DNA from: an uncultured Nitrososphaerota archaeon
Lineage (GTDB): Archaea > Korarchaeota > Korarchaeia > Korarchaeales > Korarchaeaceae
NCBI GenBank assembly: GCA_964618805.1
Contig: CAZUBM010000005.1
Coordinates: 1-64,000 of the forward strand
Length of the DNA: 64,000 nt
Direction: 5' to 3'
In this document: piece after piece, positions 9,013 to 18,376 of the stretch
Position numbering within the stretch: position 1 is the stretch's first letter
How the letters are laid out: each line of letters begins with the position of its first letter
Notes under the pieces: model-generated
The model's database searches: none
What the model saw: only the letters and a program-made list of their open reading frames with translations
Told to the model about the DNA's origin: nothing
Position numbers and translations under genes: made by a program

Positions 9013-9854
9013 GGCATAAAGACATAATATCAATGCTAAAGAACCCAGAAAGGATCCCTAATGCAGAGACGTTTAGGGATCTTCTTCTTTCGGCTGGGGA
9101 AATTTTCTCCGAAGAAAACCAACTTGTTAGAGTAGAAGACGAGAGAACTATGATAGTTGGAGATCTTCATGGAGACTTGCGTTCTGCTGTTGAAGCTATT
9201 AGGAGAGCAGAAAAATTTGATGTAAACGCTGTTCTCTTTCTTGGGGACTATGTGGATAGGGGTCCAAAACAGATTGAGGTTCTCTCTTTTTTGCTAGGAT
9301 ATAAGCTATTAGAGCCCAATAAATTTGTTCTTCTGAGAGGAAACCATGAATCTCCTTTAACTAACCTATATTATGGGTTCTTTAGTGAAATAAGAGGGCA
9401 CTATGGCTGGGAATATTATAGACTTGCCGAGGAAACGTTCTCATTATTGCCCTATGCAGCAATGATTGACGGTGATGTGCTAGCTTTGCATGGTGGCATA
9501 GCAAAAGGACTATCTAAAATAGATCAGATAGAAAAGCTACCAAAGAGAGACATAGAGCCGAAACATCCTATCGCATTTCAGATATTATGGAACGATCCTG
9601 ATGAATCTATAGAGTGGTTTGATTCTAATATAAGGGGACCGGGCATCTATAGGTTTGGAAGAAAAGCTTTAATTGACTTCTTATCAATGAATGGCATAGA
9701 GAAGCTATTTAGAGCTCACCAATTCTTTCCTGAAGGGATTAAAGTCATGTTCGATGGGTTACTTGTCAGCATATTTAGTTGTAGTTATTATGGAGGATCA
9801 AGCGCCGCCATTCTTCTAGAAGGAGAAAAAATGCGGCCAATCGTACTAATTTAG
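9009..9854 (+). CDS. PPP-family Ser/Thr protein phosphatase
   Basis: GDLHG, GDYVDRG, LRGNHE, HGG, ILWNDP, RAHQ, FS motifs; ATGA overlap with upstream gene. Confidence 0.93.
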   Translation: MRHKDIISMLKNPERIPNAETFRDLLLSAGEIFSEENQLVRVEDERTMIVGDLHGDLRSAVEAIRRAEKFDVNAVLFLGDYVDRGPKQIEVLSFLLGYKLLEPNKFVLLRGNHESPLTNLYYGFFSEIRGHYGWEYYRLAEETFSLLPYAAMIDGDVLALHGGIAKGLSKIDQIEKLPKRDIEPKHPIAFQILWNDPDESIEWFDSNIRGPGIYRFGRKALIDFLSMNGIEKLFRAHQFFPEGIKVMFDGLLVSIFSCSYYGGSSAAILLEGEKMRPIVLI

Positions 9855-10549
9855 CCAAAAGTAAATCTGTCCTCTTCCTCATAAATCCAATCGTATGGAT
9901 ATATCTCCCTACGTTTTCTCAAAATCCTAGACCTGAGTGGTAAGGCAACTATTATGCCCGCTATGAACCCTCCTATGTGAGCCCAATATGCCACCCCACT
10001 TATTTCGCCTAGGGACGCCGGTATCAACTGATAAAGGAACCAGAACCCCAGATAGTAGAAGCTCTTGATCCTTCTAACAGTTGCTATGTTGAAGAAGAAA
10101 ACGAGCGTCAATATATTGGCATTTGGAAAAAGTACAAAATATGCTCCTAGTATCCCGCTAATGGCTCCCGAAGCACCTATCAGCGGTATGGCTGAGCCAA
10201 AATTAATTAAACTGTGCAGTAAGACCGCGGTAATACCCCAAAGTAAATACATCAGTAGGTACTTGAACCTTCCAAAAGCAGCTTCTATGTTGTCCCCAAA
10301 GATGAACAAGTAAAGCATATTTCCGAATATGTGTGTGAAGCCCCCGTGCAAGAACATTGATGTGAATAGTCTGTAAAAATTTCTAGCAGAATCTTGGAAG
10401 AAAAGATTAGGTATAAACCCAAAATAATAAGCACTCCAGTCGATTCCAACCGTTAGCTGCCAGATAAAGCATAGTATGTTAATGGCTATCAAAAAGTAGG
10501 TCATTATTGGCTTAATACCGCTGGGATTTTCGTCCTTTAATGGAAGCAT
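9851..10549 (-). CDS. rhomboid intramembrane serine protease
   Basis: MFLHGGFTHIFGNM, GASG, AYWAHIGG. Confidence 0.95.
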   Translation of the reverse strand: MLPLKDENPSGIKPIMTYFLIAINILCFIWQLTVGIDWSAYYFGFIPNLFFQDSARNFYRLFTSMFLHGGFTHIFGNMLYLFIFGDNIEAAFGRFKYLLMYLLWGITAVLLHSLINFGSAIPLIGASGAISGILGAYFVLFPNANILTLVFFFNIATVRRIKSFYYLGFWFLYQLIPASLGEISGVAYWAHIGGFIAGIIVALPLRSRILRKRREIYPYDWIYEEEDRFTFG

Positions 10550-10568
10550 GTTTCATTCCTCCATAGTT

Positions 10569-10634
10569 CGAGACTCAGATGACCCTCTTTAGGGCATCGG
10601 CAATTCCTCTTGCCGAATACTCATCATCGCCTCC
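10569..10634 (-). ncRNA. box C/D guide sRNA (D guide to 23S helix 69, E. coli-equivalent C1920)
   Basis: Minus strand: gaggc-g-ATGATGA...aagagggtcat-CTGA-gtctc. Terminal stem; guide complementary to archaeal AUGACCCUCUU. Confidence 0.85.
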
Positions 10635-10736
10635 GAAATATCTTATAAAGTGCTAATAAAAAATAACTTCCTCGAAGGAAAAAGGATTAAGGAACAAAGA
10701 GTTCCATAATTGAGTTTATGTAAAACTTTGTCCATC

Positions 10737-11225
10737 TCATTCGCGTTTAAGTCCTCCGTTTTCATCAATCTCTCCAGCTCTAATTCTAGAGGAGCTTATT
10801 GGTCTACCATCCTCTGCGGCTACTAGGGGACACACTACGATGACAAGCTCCTGTAACCCTCTATTTTTTCTTACAGAGTTTACCTTTAAGGCACCAGGAT
10901 AGGTCTCAGTCGAGACTACGATCGCATCTGCCAACTTGTCTGATCCTGCTGGACCAATTGGATCCTGAATTTTAATCACGGAGAAATTTATGGCAAGGGA
11001 ATTTAGAAATTCTTCTACTTTTCTTTTTCTTTCCTCATAAGTCTGTATTTTCTCCCTAAACCTCTTGCCTAAGAGAAGAGGCCCGTCTGCTAGACAAACT
11101 AATAATTCTTCTCCTAGTTTTGCAGAAGTTCTTAGGAGGATCTTATGTCCCTCATGAAGATGATCAAAGGTACCAGCAACTATCACTCTTCTGAAAGGCT
11201 TTCTATAGCCTTTCCCGCTTCCCAA
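10737..11225 (-). CDS. coaD: phosphopantetheine adenylyltransferase
   Basis: GTFDHLHEGH, DPIGP, VVSTET, ISSSRIR. Confidence 0.92.
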   Translation of the reverse strand: MGSGKGYRKPFRRVIVAGTFDHLHEGHKILLRTSAKLGEELLVCLADGPLLLGKRFREKIQTYEERKRKVEEFLNSLAINFSVIKIQDPIGPAGSDKLADAIVVSTETYPGALKVNSVRKNRGLQELVIVVCPLVAAEDGRPISSSRIRAGEIDENGGLKRE

Positions 11226-11848
11226 ATTAATTGCACCTCCAAGTCAGGTTTTTCAGCTTTCTCCATAGCCCATTTTCCTCTCCTTATTCTTATTACCTTC
11301 CAGCCAACCTTCTTGGCTTCATTAGCCAATTGAGGATTTGCAGTAATGAAGAGAGCATCAGAAGGTCTTATGTTCAACTCCTTCACTATTTCTTTGAAGG
11401 TTTTCTCACTAGCCTCTCCTACCCAAGCATAGTGGAAGAGGTGCTGCATACCAAGCCTGATTATTTTCTCCCAATCCTTTATGGGTTGGCCCGAAGTGCA
11501 AACTCCAACCTTGTAACCCCGCTCCCTAAGCTGAAGTATTGTATTAAAGGCGTTCGGAAAAGGTTTTAGATATGCTCTCTTGGTATCATGATAGGCGACG
11601 ACTCCAGCAGCGATGATCTTGGAGTTCACCTTTAAACCTAGACGCATTAGCGTATCATCAAAATGTTTTCCATAATCCTCTCCCCTTTCCTCAATTACTT
11701 CCCTAAGCTTGCTGAGAAAAACCTCATAATCAACGGGCAAGCCTGCATCTATCATTGCTCTTACTGCGTTTTCCCTAGCATTCCTCTTTTGAAGAGTGGC
11801 ATCGTACAAAACATCATCAACATCAAAAATCACAAGTTTAACCATCAT
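11183..11848 (-). CDS. HAD-superfamily hydrolase (TIGR02253-like), motifs III/IV degenerate
   Basis: FDVDDVL motif I and AAGVVAYH cap present; no KP and no GDxxxD. Confidence 0.8.
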   Translation of the reverse strand: MMVKLVIFDVDDVLYDATLQKRNARENAVRAMIDAGLPVDYEVFLSKLREVIEERGEDYGKHFDDTLMRLGLKVNSKIIAAGVVAYHDTKRAYLKPFPNAFNTILQLRERGYKVGVCTSGQPIKDWEKIIRLGMQHLFHYAWVGEASEKTFKEIVKELNIRPSDALFITANPQLANEAKKVGWKVIRIRRGKWAMEKAEKPDLEVQLIWEAGKAIESLSEE

Positions 11849-12849
11849 CTCACCACCTTACCTAATTTTTCAGGCTTATCTGGATTCAGTCCTTTGGCCA
11901 GAGATACGTACAAGGCTAAGAATTGTAGAGGCATGATATAAGGTATTGGATAAAATTCCTCCGGACCATCATATTCTACCCTCAAATCCGCATCTCTGCC
12001 AAGGGTTATCAAAGGGGCCCCATAACTTTCGATTTTATGCACTACAGCAGGCATCTTCCCCTTTTCTAATATAATAACTGGAGTTTCCTTTGAGACAAGT
12101 TGTATCGGGCCGTGTAAGAACTCTCTACCTGCAAATGCTTGAATAAAGAGATTAGATGTCTCTCTTAGCTTTAGTGCTCCTTCTAAAGCCGTAGGATAAT
12201 TTGGCCCGGTGCCTAGGATAAAACCAACCGGCATTTTTACTAAAATAGGGGCAATTCTCTCCGCTGTCTTATTTGCTATTACAATTTCATTCTTGATTTT
12301 GTTTGGAAGGACTAGAAGCTCTGACTCTAGATGTGACGGCTCTTCTCCTATTAACCTTGATACCTCTATGGAAAAAAGAAAGCTTACGGCTAGCTGGCAA
12401 GTATATGTCTTCGTTGCTGCAACAGCCCTCTCTTTTCCAGCTCTCGTTAGAATTGTTGCATCTGCTAATTTGGAGAGAGGACTTCCGGGAGTATTCGTTA
12501 TTGCTATTATACCTCCTCCTTTTGATTTAAAGGCTTTAGTTGCTTTAATTATATCTGAACTTTCCCCGCTCTGTGATAGAGCCACAAGTATGTTACCGCT
12601 TACATCTTCGGGTATCCAATATTCGAGTTCAGAAGCTGGAATTGCAACTGATGAGATATTTGCTATTCTCGTCAGACTTCTCTGCAGTACAAGGGATGCA
12701 TGATAGCTGGTTCCACTCCCAGTTGTGTAAATGAAATCCTCTTTCACCAATTGTGCAGCTTTTTCAACCTCTTTTCTAGCTTCATGTATTGTTCTCTTAA
12801 TTGCACTTGGCTGCTCAAGGATCTCTGCTCTCATTAATTCTCCGGCCAT
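11845..12849 (-). CDS. double-SIS sugar isomerase/deaminase (GlmS C-terminal / GlmD-like)
   Basis: EILEQP, GSGTS, SQSGES, AATKTY, LEGALKLRE, EFLHGP; no glutaminase domain. Confidence 0.9.
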   Translation of the reverse strand: MAGELMRAEILEQPSAIKRTIHEARKEVEKAAQLVKEDFIYTTGSGTSYHASLVLQRSLTRIANISSVAIPASELEYWIPEDVSGNILVALSQSGESSDIIKATKAFKSKGGGIIAITNTPGSPLSKLADATILTRAGKERAVAATKTYTCQLAVSFLFSIEVSRLIGEEPSHLESELLVLPNKIKNEIVIANKTAERIAPILVKMPVGFILGTGPNYPTALEGALKLRETSNLFIQAFAGREFLHGPIQLVSKETPVIILEKGKMPAVVHKIESYGAPLITLGRDADLRVEYDGPEEFYPIPYIMPLQFLALYVSLAKGLNPDKPEKLGKVVR

Positions 12850-12909
12850 CGAACTAGGGGTTCATATCAACTGGATAAAGTTAAAGATTTCAAGTAGCTG
12901 AGCTATAAG

Positions 12910-14004
12910 ATGACCATGGATAGGGAAATCGTTGAATTTTTCGGAAAGTTAAGCGAATCCTTTGGACCGTCTGGGTTTGAAAGAGAGCCCATATTGTTAG
13001 TTAAAGAGAGATATGCAAAGTATGCAGATGAAATCCTTACAGACGGCTTAGGATCACTAATATTAAAGAAGAAAGGAACATCAGATGAGCCTAGAATCAT
13101 TCTAGCAGGTCACTGCGATGAAGTAGGTTTCATAGTTTGCGGACTCGACGAAAAAGGCTTCATTAAATTTAGAGCGTTAGGAGGATGGGCTCCAATAACG
13201 CTTCCAGCTCACAGAGTCATAGTTAGAACTAAGAAAGGGGATTTAATCGGAACAATCGTCTCTAAGCCGCCCCATCTAATGACACCCCAAGAAAAGGAGA
13301 AAGTCCCAAAACTCGAAGATCTTTTCATAGATGTGGGTGCTTCAAGCAAAGAAGACTTAGAAAAATTGGGAGTTAGAATAGGAGATCCTGTTGCTCCTCT
13401 AAGTCGCTTTGAGGTCATAAAAATTGGAGAAAAGGAGCTTTGGTTGGGAAAGGCTTTCGACGATAGAATAGGAGCCTTTATGGCGATGGAAGTTATAAGA
13501 AATCTAAAGGAATCAGGCACCTCGCATCCTAACTCAGTTTATGCCGCAGCAACCGTTCAAGAAGAGGTTGGATTGAGAGGAGCTGAAACTACCGCTGATG
13601 TAGTTAATCCTCAGGTGGGGATCGTTTTAGAAGTTGATATCTCTGGAGATGTACCAGGTGTTAAGCCTGGAGAAGCTCCAGCAAAAATGGGAAGTGGTCC
13701 AAGCATAGTTACGTGGGACAAAAGCATGATCCCTAATCAACCCTTGAAAGAATTTGTGATACAGGTGGCAGAAGAGCTAAAGATCCCATATCAGCTTTCC
13801 GCTGTTAGCGGTGGAACAGATGCTAGTAGGATCCACTTGCATTACAAGGGCGTTCCCTCGATCGTTATCGGAGTTCCTACAAGACACATACACTCTCATA
13901 ACTCGATATTATCAGCAAGTGATGTTGAGAATGCGATTAAACTGGTAACAGAGGTCGTTAAGAGGCTAGATCAAGAGACCGTTAGCTCTTTCACCAGAAT
14001 TTGA
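12910..14004 (+). CDS. M42 (TET) aminopeptidase
   Basis: GHCDEVG, KAFDDR, QEEVGLRGA, GGTDA, HIHS. Confidence 0.95.
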   Translation: MTMDREIVEFFGKLSESFGPSGFEREPILLVKERYAKYADEILTDGLGSLILKKKGTSDEPRIILAGHCDEVGFIVCGLDEKGFIKFRALGGWAPITLPAHRVIVRTKKGDLIGTIVSKPPHLMTPQEKEKVPKLEDLFIDVGASSKEDLEKLGVRIGDPVAPLSRFEVIKIGEKELWLGKAFDDRIGAFMAMEVIRNLKESGTSHPNSVYAAATVQEEVGLRGAETTADVVNPQVGIVLEVDISGDVPGVKPGEAPAKMGSGPSIVTWDKSMIPNQPLKEFVIQVAEELKIPYQLSAVSGGTDASRIHLHYKGVPSIVIGVPTRHIHSHNSILSASDVENAIKLVTEVVKRLDQETVSSFTRI

Positions 14005-14014
14005 GTGGAACTGT

Positions 14015-15460
14015 ATGAGCGATATCTTAAGGCTTTCCAAACCAATATCATGGCTAGATGGAGTAGATCCAAGTAGTGGTAAGATAATCCAGCCAGATCA
14101 TCCGGAGAAAGGGAAGAGCATAGCGGGTAAAGTTGTGATTATACCTTATTCTACTGGCTCTACGGTTGGCGCCTATACCTTCTTTAGACTTGTTAAAGCA
14201 GGCAAGCAACCTAAAAAAATCGTTTTAGAATATCCTGACAGCGTTACGATAAGCGCTGAATTAGCTGGAATACCGGTAGAGATACCAATGGCTAAAGGAT
14301 CATATAAGCTGGAAGCAGATGCTCCAGAGAAATTCTTAAGATTTCTCGAGAAAGAGGCCAGCATATCTAATTCAGAAGGCTTTGTTAAAGTTAATTCCGT
14401 TCATATAAGTGGCGTTTCTTACTCAACAATAGGAGAGGCTGGTTTAGAGTTCTTGGAGGAAATTGCTAGCCAAGGAATACTCGTGAAAGTCAAAGCAACT
14501 GCAAATCCAACTGGAATGGACCTAAAAAGATGGAAAGAGATGGGGATACCCGAGGACTATGCTAATAAACAATTTAGGATAGTAAGAGCATTGTTAAGCA
14601 TGGGAGTTGAACCAAGCTTTACATGCACGCCATACTTTATCGGGAACAAACCTAAGAAAGGGGATCATATATGCTGGGGCGAGTCTAGCGCTGTAGCATT
14701 TGTAAATAGTGTTTTAGGAGCTAGAACAAACAGAGAAGGAGGAGTAAAAACCCTAGTTGCTGCAGTAGTTGGACTAACTCCTAAATATGGCATGCATCTA
14801 GAAGAGAATAGAAAACCTAATCTTAAGGTGAGATTGGAAGATTCTCTCCAAGGAATGATTGATTTTGGAGTTCTAGCCTATTACATTGGTAAATTGGCTC
14901 CCAGATCAGTTCCAATATATGAAGGCATTTTAAAAGCATCAGTAGAGGAGTTAAAGGCTATGAGTGCAGCTGGAGCTGCTTCTGGAAGTATTGAGCTGTT
15001 TCACATTAAAGGGATAACTCCTGAAGCATCATTGCCGTGTAAAGAAGGCTGTGAAAAGATAAAAGTAGGAAAAGAGGAGTTAAAGGAAACAATCGAGTCT
15101 CTAAGCACATCTGGGTCGAATCCAGATATCATAGTCCTAGGATGTCCGCATCTTTCAAAAGACGAATTGAGTATGGCAGCCAAGCTTTTAGAGGGCAAAG
15201 AAGTCAGAGTTCCTTTTTGGCTATTCACATCAAGGCAAGTTTTTGAAAGCAACCTTAATTTGTGCAAAAAGATAGAGAGGAGCGGAGCTAAGGTATTATG
15301 CGATACCTGCATGGTAGTATGTCCTCTGAAGGATCTTGGATACTCCGTTGTCGCAACAAATTCTGCAAAAGCAGCGAGGTATTTGCGTACATTTCAAGGT
15401 CTTGAGGTTGTTTTCAATAGATTTGAGTCCTTATTAAATCTGTACGCCATTCGAAGTTGA
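14015..15460 (+). CDS. fused aconitase X (swivel + catalytic domains), probable phosphomevalonate dehydratase
   Basis: N-terminal DUF126-like GVDP..G...HPEKGKSIAGK...GSTVG; then DUF521-like SGVSY, NP, TCTPY, WGESSA, GARTNREG, GCPH, DTC, NSAK. Confidence 0.88.
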   Translation: MSDILRLSKPISWLDGVDPSSGKIIQPDHPEKGKSIAGKVVIIPYSTGSTVGAYTFFRLVKAGKQPKKIVLEYPDSVTISAELAGIPVEIPMAKGSYKLEADAPEKFLRFLEKEASISNSEGFVKVNSVHISGVSYSTIGEAGLEFLEEIASQGILVKVKATANPTGMDLKRWKEMGIPEDYANKQFRIVRALLSMGVEPSFTCTPYFIGNKPKKGDHICWGESSAVAFVNSVLGARTNREGGVKTLVAAVVGLTPKYGMHLEENRKPNLKVRLEDSLQGMIDFGVLAYYIGKLAPRSVPIYEGILKASVEELKAMSAAGAASGSIELFHIKGITPEASLPCKEGCEKIKVGKEELKETIESLSTSGSNPDIIVLGCPHLSKDELSMAAKLLEGKEVRVPFWLFTSRQVFESNLNLCKKIERSGAKVLCDTCMVVCPLKDLGYSVVATNSAKAARYLRTFQGLEVVFNRFESLLNLYAIRS

Positions 15461-15475
15461 AAAGAAGGGGATAGG

Positions 15476-15489
15476 GTTAAATATTTAAC
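15476..15489. promoter_or_regulatory. perfect 14-bp palindrome GTTAAATATTTAAC over the TATA region of the ABC operon
   Basis: Seen directly; about 25-35 nt upstream of the BMP start. Confidence 0.5.
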
Positions 15490-15512
15490 GCTCATAAAAA
15501 GACCAAAGTTAG

Positions 15513-16769
15513 GTGAGTGAATTGACGAAGGCTCAAATTCTAGGGATTGTTGTTGTCATCATAATAATCGCAGGCGTAGCCTACTATTTCATGAAGCCTG
15601 CACCGACTCCAACACCAACCCCAACACCGACTCCGAGCCCAACAGCCACGCCCTCCCCTACTCCATCTCCCACTCCTAAACCCGGTGAAGGCGTAAAGGT
15701 TGCAATTATGTTCGACATAGGAGGGAGGGGAGACCTAGGCTTTAACGATTTAGCATGGCTAGGAGGAGAACGTGCGAGAAAGGAACTAGGTGTAGAGGTA
15801 ACTTACGTAACACCCAGAAGCGAGGCAGATTATCTACCCAGATTAAGAGAGCTTGCTTCGAGTGGTGAGTATTCATTAATCATCGGAGTTGGTTTCTTGC
15901 TAACTGATGCCATAGATCAAGTAGCTGACGAGTTTCCAAATCAGAAGTTCGCAATAGTAGATTCTTTAACCCCAGATTCCAATGTTAGGGGAATTTTATT
16001 CAAGGAAAACGAAGGATCTGCCCTTGTTGGAGCTCTTGCTGCCTTAGTTACAAAAACTAACAAGGTAGGCGTTGTCTTGGGGATGGAAATCCCCGTACTC
16101 TATCACTTCGAAGGTGGATTTTACTGGGGAGTAAATTACGCTGAAAATCTGACGGGTAAAGACGTTGAAATAATTTACAAGTATACGGGAAGCTTCATTG
16201 ATAGAGCTCTGGGCAAGCAGGTTTCGGAGGGAATGCTTGCTCAAGGAGCAGATGTTCTTTACAACGTAGCTGGTTTAACTGGTCTTGGTGTTCTTGATGC
16301 AGTAAACGATTACTGCGAGACACAAGGTATAGAGTATGGTCCCCCATTTGCAATCGGCGTTGATGCTGATCAGGATTGGATGTATCCTGGGCATGTCATT
16401 GCTAGTATGATGAAAAGGGTAGATAACGGCGTTTTCTATGCCATTAGAGACGTGGTCTATGGCAATTTCACAGGTGGACCCATTCATTATGGTCTTAAAG
16501 AGAAAGGTGTTGGCATAAGTAGGGCTGAGGACCTACAAGCTTTCATAAATATTGCAAAGGAACTTGGAACAGAGCTTCCTGACACTCCTGAGAACATACT
16601 TGCTAAGTGGGAGGCAATGAGGGCTCTATATCCTGAGACCGTCTGGAACACGATAGATGAACTCGAGGAGAAGATCATAAAGGGCGAAGTGAAGGTACCA
16701 TTCCCAGAAACTATTGAAGAAATTTCGGCAGTTAGAGAGAAATACGGAGCAGGGGCGCTGCCCGGTTAA
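15513..16769 (+). CDS. BMP-family nucleoside ABC transporter substrate-binding protein
   Basis: N-terminal TM, Pro/Thr linker, GRGDLGFND, IGVGF, GVDADQ, SMMKRVD. Confidence 0.93.
   Translation: MSELTKAQILGIVVVIIIIAGVAYYFMKPAPTPTPTPTPTPSPTATPSPTPSPTPKPGEGVKVAIMFDIGGRGDLGFNDLAWLGGERARKELGVEVTYVTPRSEADYLPRLRELASSGEYSLIIGVGFLLTDAIDQVADEFPNQKFAIVDSLTPDSNVRGILFKENEGSALVGALAALVTKTNKVGVVLGMEIPVLYHFEGGFYWGVNYAENLTGKDVEIIYKYTGSFIDRALGKQVSEGMLAQGADVLYNVAGLTGLGVLDAVNDYCETQGIEYGPPFAIGVDADQDWMYPGHVIASMMKRVDNGVFYAIRDVVYGNFTGGPIHYGLKEKGVGISRAEDLQAFINIAKELGTELPDTPENILAKWEAMRALYPETVWNTIDELEEKIIKGEVKVPFPETIEEISAVREKYGAGALPG
15597..15684 (+). repeat. Pro-Thr/Ser low-complexity linker coding repeat
   Basis: PAPTPTPTPTPTPSPTATPSPTPSPTPKP with degenerate codons. 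Confidence 0.85.
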
Positions 16770-16782
16770 GGAATCTCCCTCC

Positions 16783-16800
16783 TTTTTTATTTTTTTATTT
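16783..16800 (+). terminator. oligo-T tract after the BMP gene (partial terminator)
   Basis: ttttttatttttttattt shortly after the stop. Confidence 0.5.
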
Positions 16801-16828
16801 GAGTTCTGCCATGTTAGTGGTGAGTGGC

Positions 16829-18376
16829 TTGACTGACTATGCAATAGAAATGAAAGGTATCGTCAAGATATACCCTGGTGGCACAGTAGCCCTTAAGGGA
16901 GTTGACTTTGCTGTTAAAGAAGGGGAAATTCACGGGCTTTTGGGAGAGAATGGAGCAGGAAAGACCACCTTAGTTGAAATATTATATGGGACGAGGCGTC
17001 CTACTGCTGGAAAGATCTTTATCAGGAGTAAGGAAGTTGATGTCAAAAGCCCAAGAGATGCTATGGACATGGGAATAGGGATGGTGCACCAGCATTTCAC
17101 ACTTATCCCTGTTTTTACTGCACTTCAGAACATAGTATTAGGCGATGAACCTATTGGATCCATGGGGATCTTAGACATAGAACAGGCTAGGAGCAAAATA
17201 GAAGAATTGATGGAAGAGACTGGTTTAAAGGTAGATCTAGATACCCCTGTCGAGAATCTATCTACCGGAGAGAAACAGAGAGTTGAAATTCTTAAGATGC
17301 TTTATAGAAACGCAGATATTCTTATTCTTGATGAACCAACAGCAGTTTTAACTCCTCTTGAAGTCAAGGAGCTATTTGAATTCCTCAAAAAGATGAGAGA
17401 AGCAAATAAGACTATTGTGTTCATAACTCACAAGTTAAGGGAAGTTAAGGCTATTACGGATGTAGTTACAGTACTAAGGAGAGGAAAAGTGGTCGGAAAG
17501 GTCAAAACAGATGAGGTTTCAATAGAAGAACTTGCTAGAATGATGGTTGGAAGAGAAGTCCTATTTCGATTGGAGAAAAAACCGAGAGAGCCTGGTGAGC
17601 CTCAGTTAATTTTGGAAGATCTTTGGGTGCTTGATGATAGGGGGGATTTTGCTGTAAAAGGAATTAGTCTCCAAGTAAGATCTGGAGAGATTTTTGGAAT
17701 AGCTGGTGTTGAAGGAAATGGCCAAACAGAACTTGTAGAGGCCATAGCTGGGCTAAGAAGGGTTTCAAAGGGGCACATTATTCTCGCAGGTAAAGATGTT
17801 ACTAACGCCGATCCACATACCTTGTATGAGCTGGGGCTAGGTCATATCCCAGAAGATAGGCACAGAAGGGGCATAATCTTAGAATTCACACTCGCAGAAA
17901 ACTCAATTCTAGGATTGCAGCGAAAAAATCCATTTGCTAACAACATGGGCATCTTAGAGGAAGAAAAAATTCTAGATTGGGCTAGAGAACTTATTAAAAG
18001 GTTTTCAGTGGATGCGCCAAGTCCAACGATCCCCGCTTCAAGCCTGAGTGGAGGAAACCAGCAGAAATTGATAGTAGGAAGAGAACTTATGAAGAACCCT
18101 AAGGTCGTTGTAGCTGCTCAGCCAACGAGAGGTTTAGATGTTGCAGCTACTGAGTACATAAGAGAAACTCTTTTGAGAATGAGAGATGAGGGTAGAGCTG
18201 TGCTTCTAGTTTCAGCGGATTTGGATGAAGTTCTTATGCTAAGCGATAGGATTGGGGTAATGTACGAGGGTGAGCTCATGGGAGTTGCCAGACCTGAAGA
18301 TTTGACTATTGAGGAGATTGGTCTAATGATGGGAGGGGTTAAACTAGATGAGATAAGGAAGGGTGGGGCATCATGA
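16829..18376 (+). CDS. CUT2-type double ABC ATPase (NupA-like)
   Basis: GENGAGKT, LSTGEKQ, LDEPT, LSGGNQQK, QPTRGLD. TTG start after GGTGA (ORF track start 16799). Confidence 0.95.
   Translation: MTDYAIEMKGIVKIYPGGTVALKGVDFAVKEGEIHGLLGENGAGKTTLVEILYGTRRPTAGKIFIRSKEVDVKSPRDAMDMGIGMVHQHFTLIPVFTALQNIVLGDEPIGSMGILDIEQARSKIEELMEETGLKVDLDTPVENLSTGEKQRVEILKMLYRNADILILDEPTAVLTPLEVKELFEFLKKMREANKTIVFITHKLREVKAITDVVTVLRRGKVVGKVKTDEVSIEELARMMVGREVLFRLEKKPREPGEPQLILEDLWVLDDRGDFAVKGISLQVRSGEIFGIAGVEGNGQTELVEAIAGLRRVSKGHIILAGKDVTNADPHTLYELGLGHIPEDRHRRGIILEFTLAENSILGLQRKNPFANNMGILEEEKILDWARELIKRFSVDAPSPTIPASSLSGGNQQKLIVGRELMKNPKVVVAAQPTRGLDVAATEYIRETLLRMRDEGRAVLLVSADLDEVLMLSDRIGVMYEGELMGVARPEDLTIEEIGLMMGGVKLDEIRKGGAS

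Noticed and set aside
15597-15684. CRISPR or tandem DNA repeat
   Set aside because: Degenerate codons for a Pro/Thr linker; no repeat-spacer array seen anywhere in the window.
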